A DNA stretch of 64,000 bases from an uncultured Methanosarcinales archaeon (GTDB taxonomy: Archaea > Nanobdellota > Nanobdellia > Woesearchaeales > CAIVOO01): assembly GCA_964485195.1 (NCBI GenBank), contig CAZAIK010000003.1:800-64799 (forward strand). The letters run 5' to 3'. The position numbers and the translations under genes are program-made. The first letter of the stretch is position 1. Each line of letters opens with the position of its first letter. The notes beneath the pieces are model-generated. The model was not told where the DNA came from, made no database searches, and saw only the letters and a list, made by a program, of their open reading frames with translations. Of the stretch, positions 62,965 through 64,000 are shown one piece after another.

Positions 62965-64000
62965 ATGTTTGTTATTCAGGAGTGGAGATTGGGTGGTATA
63001 TTGGGAACTGCTAAGAAAAAAAGAAAACAGCCTAAAAAAGCTGCTGGGAATGCTAAGAAGACTGCCGCCAGGAATAGGGCAAAAGCTCCTTCTAAAAAAA
63101 CAAGAACAGAGGCTGTCAGAAGAAGGCCTGGGAAGAACCTCCCCCAGGTTATGAGTTCAGTTATTTTCCATAGTGATTATCACGCTGCAGAAGAGATTAT
63201 CAGTAATTCTTTTGATGAGGATGCCGAGCACGTGCGAATAGAGTACAAACCTGAAGAGGACTATATCCTCTTTGAGGATGATGGAGAGGGGGCGGATGTT
63301 GAAGGGCTTGACGCCTTTTTCAGGCTTGGCGACAGCTTAAAACAGCAAAGGAAACTAACAAAAAAGGGAAGGATGCCCATAGGCAAATTTGGGATAGCAA
63401 CTCTCGCATTAAAATACCTGGGAAATTCTGCTGAAATCACAGCTTGGAAAGAAGGCAAGAGGAGGGAAATTAAGGAAGACTTGTCTGAGGACCTGACCAT
63501 GAACAAGCCCATCAAGGTTCAGGTGAATCAGGAAAAGGAGAAGAACAAGCACGGAATGCGAATAAAGGTCAGCGAACTGAATGCCCTGAGAGAGGGGAGG
63601 GATTTCACAGTTGATTCGCTGATTGGCAGTCTCAGAAGGAACATGCCTATGCGCGATGATTTTAAGATCACAATCAATGGAAAGGAAATAAAGCCGGTCA
63701 AGATAGAACGGGGAGCGGAATACTGCCTTGACGAAATGGTGGATGGTGTTGGCAGGGTTCACGGCTCCTTCTTCGTCTGTTCTTCCCCAATACCTGACAA
63801 GAGCAGCAGGGGAGTGCACATCAAGGTCAACGGGAGAAGGGTCGGAGACCCCTTTTATTTCAGGGTAGGACACCAGTTCAGGGCGGGGCTGGAGACAAGG
63901 TTAACAGCCACAGTTTATGCTGACGGGCTTGATCCCTGCATAGGATTTGACAGGACAAACCTCAAGACAGACCATCCAAGGTTCAAAAAAGTGGAACCTG
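62965..64000 (+). CDS. GHKL (Bergerat-fold) ATPase, MORC/HSP90-like, with basic N-terminal tail; truncated by the window end
   Basis: The frame is open from ATG 62965 to the window end, so it is not in the ORF track; an alternative start is 63151. Motif I is AAEEIISNSFDED (ExxxNxxD) and motif II is FEDDGEGAD (DxGxG). Confidence 0.7.
   Translation, partial: MFVIQEWRLGGILGTAKKKRKQPKKAAGNAKKTAARNRAKAPSKKTRTEAVRRRPGKNLPQVMSSVIFHSDYHAAEEIISNSFDEDAEHVRIEYKPEEDYILFEDDGEGADVEGLDAFFRLGDSLKQQRKLTKKGRMPIGKFGIATLALKYLGNSAEITAWKEGKRREIKEDLSEDLTMNKPIKVQVNQEKEKNKHGMRIKVSELNALREGRDFTVDSLIGSLRRNMPMRDDFKITINGKEIKPVKIERGAEYCLDEMVDGVGRVHGSFFVCSSPIPDKSSRGVHIKVNGRRVGDPFYFRVGHQFRAGLETRLTATVYADGLDPCIGFDRTNLKTDHPRFKKVEP

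Noticed and set aside
1-64000. Search for CRISPR arrays, rRNA genes, IS elements/transposases, integrases and prophage genes
   Set aside because: I saw no regularly spaced direct repeats, no rRNA signatures, and no DDE or tyrosine/serine recombinase motifs in any listed ORF. The only att-like signal is the tRNA-Leu 3' duplication, which is reported separately.

Overview
This is a compact, AT-rich, very gene-dense segment that I read as a small-genome, DPANN-like archaeon; that placement is inference. Archaeal information-processing genes are unambiguous: Nop5-fibrillarin, RFC large subunit, NucS, NAC, Sec61beta, and the S13-S4-S11-RpoD-tRNA-L18e-L13-S9-RpoN block. Also present are pyrG, secF/secD, valS, glyS, gyrA and scpB. 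Several enzymes are clearly bacterial-type: AspRS with an insertion domain, LeuRS, GyrA and RibA. I identify four RNA genes with good support: tRNA-Phe(GAA), an intron-containing tRNA-Leu(GAG), RNase P RNA (minus strand, CR-I and CR-V found) and SRP RNA (minus strand, helix-8 motif found). A third G+C-rich structured intergenic island at about 4.6-4.94 kb remains unassigned. Many genes start about 25-50 nt downstream of a near-invariant AAAACCTTTATAAAT promoter element, and many neighbours overlap by ATGA. The most interesting accessory content is listed here.
- A type-IV-pilus/secretion-like ATPase and platform locus with coiled-coil proteins and three tandem paralogous polytopic membrane proteins.
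- A trio of paralogous coiled-coil proteins next to a lamin-tail-domain surface protein.
- Two paralogous helical proteins translationally coupled to MinD.
- An SGNH/NDT-like/CYTH/U32 operon that abuts the SRP RNA.
- A 19-bp duplicate of the tRNA-Leu 3' end flanking a three-hairpin cassette inside the ribosomal-protein operon.
- A truncated GHKL-ATPase gene at the right edge.
- Two genes either side of tRNA-Phe that carry frameshifts in A5 homopolymers.
I saw no CRISPR array, rRNA, transposase or integrase.
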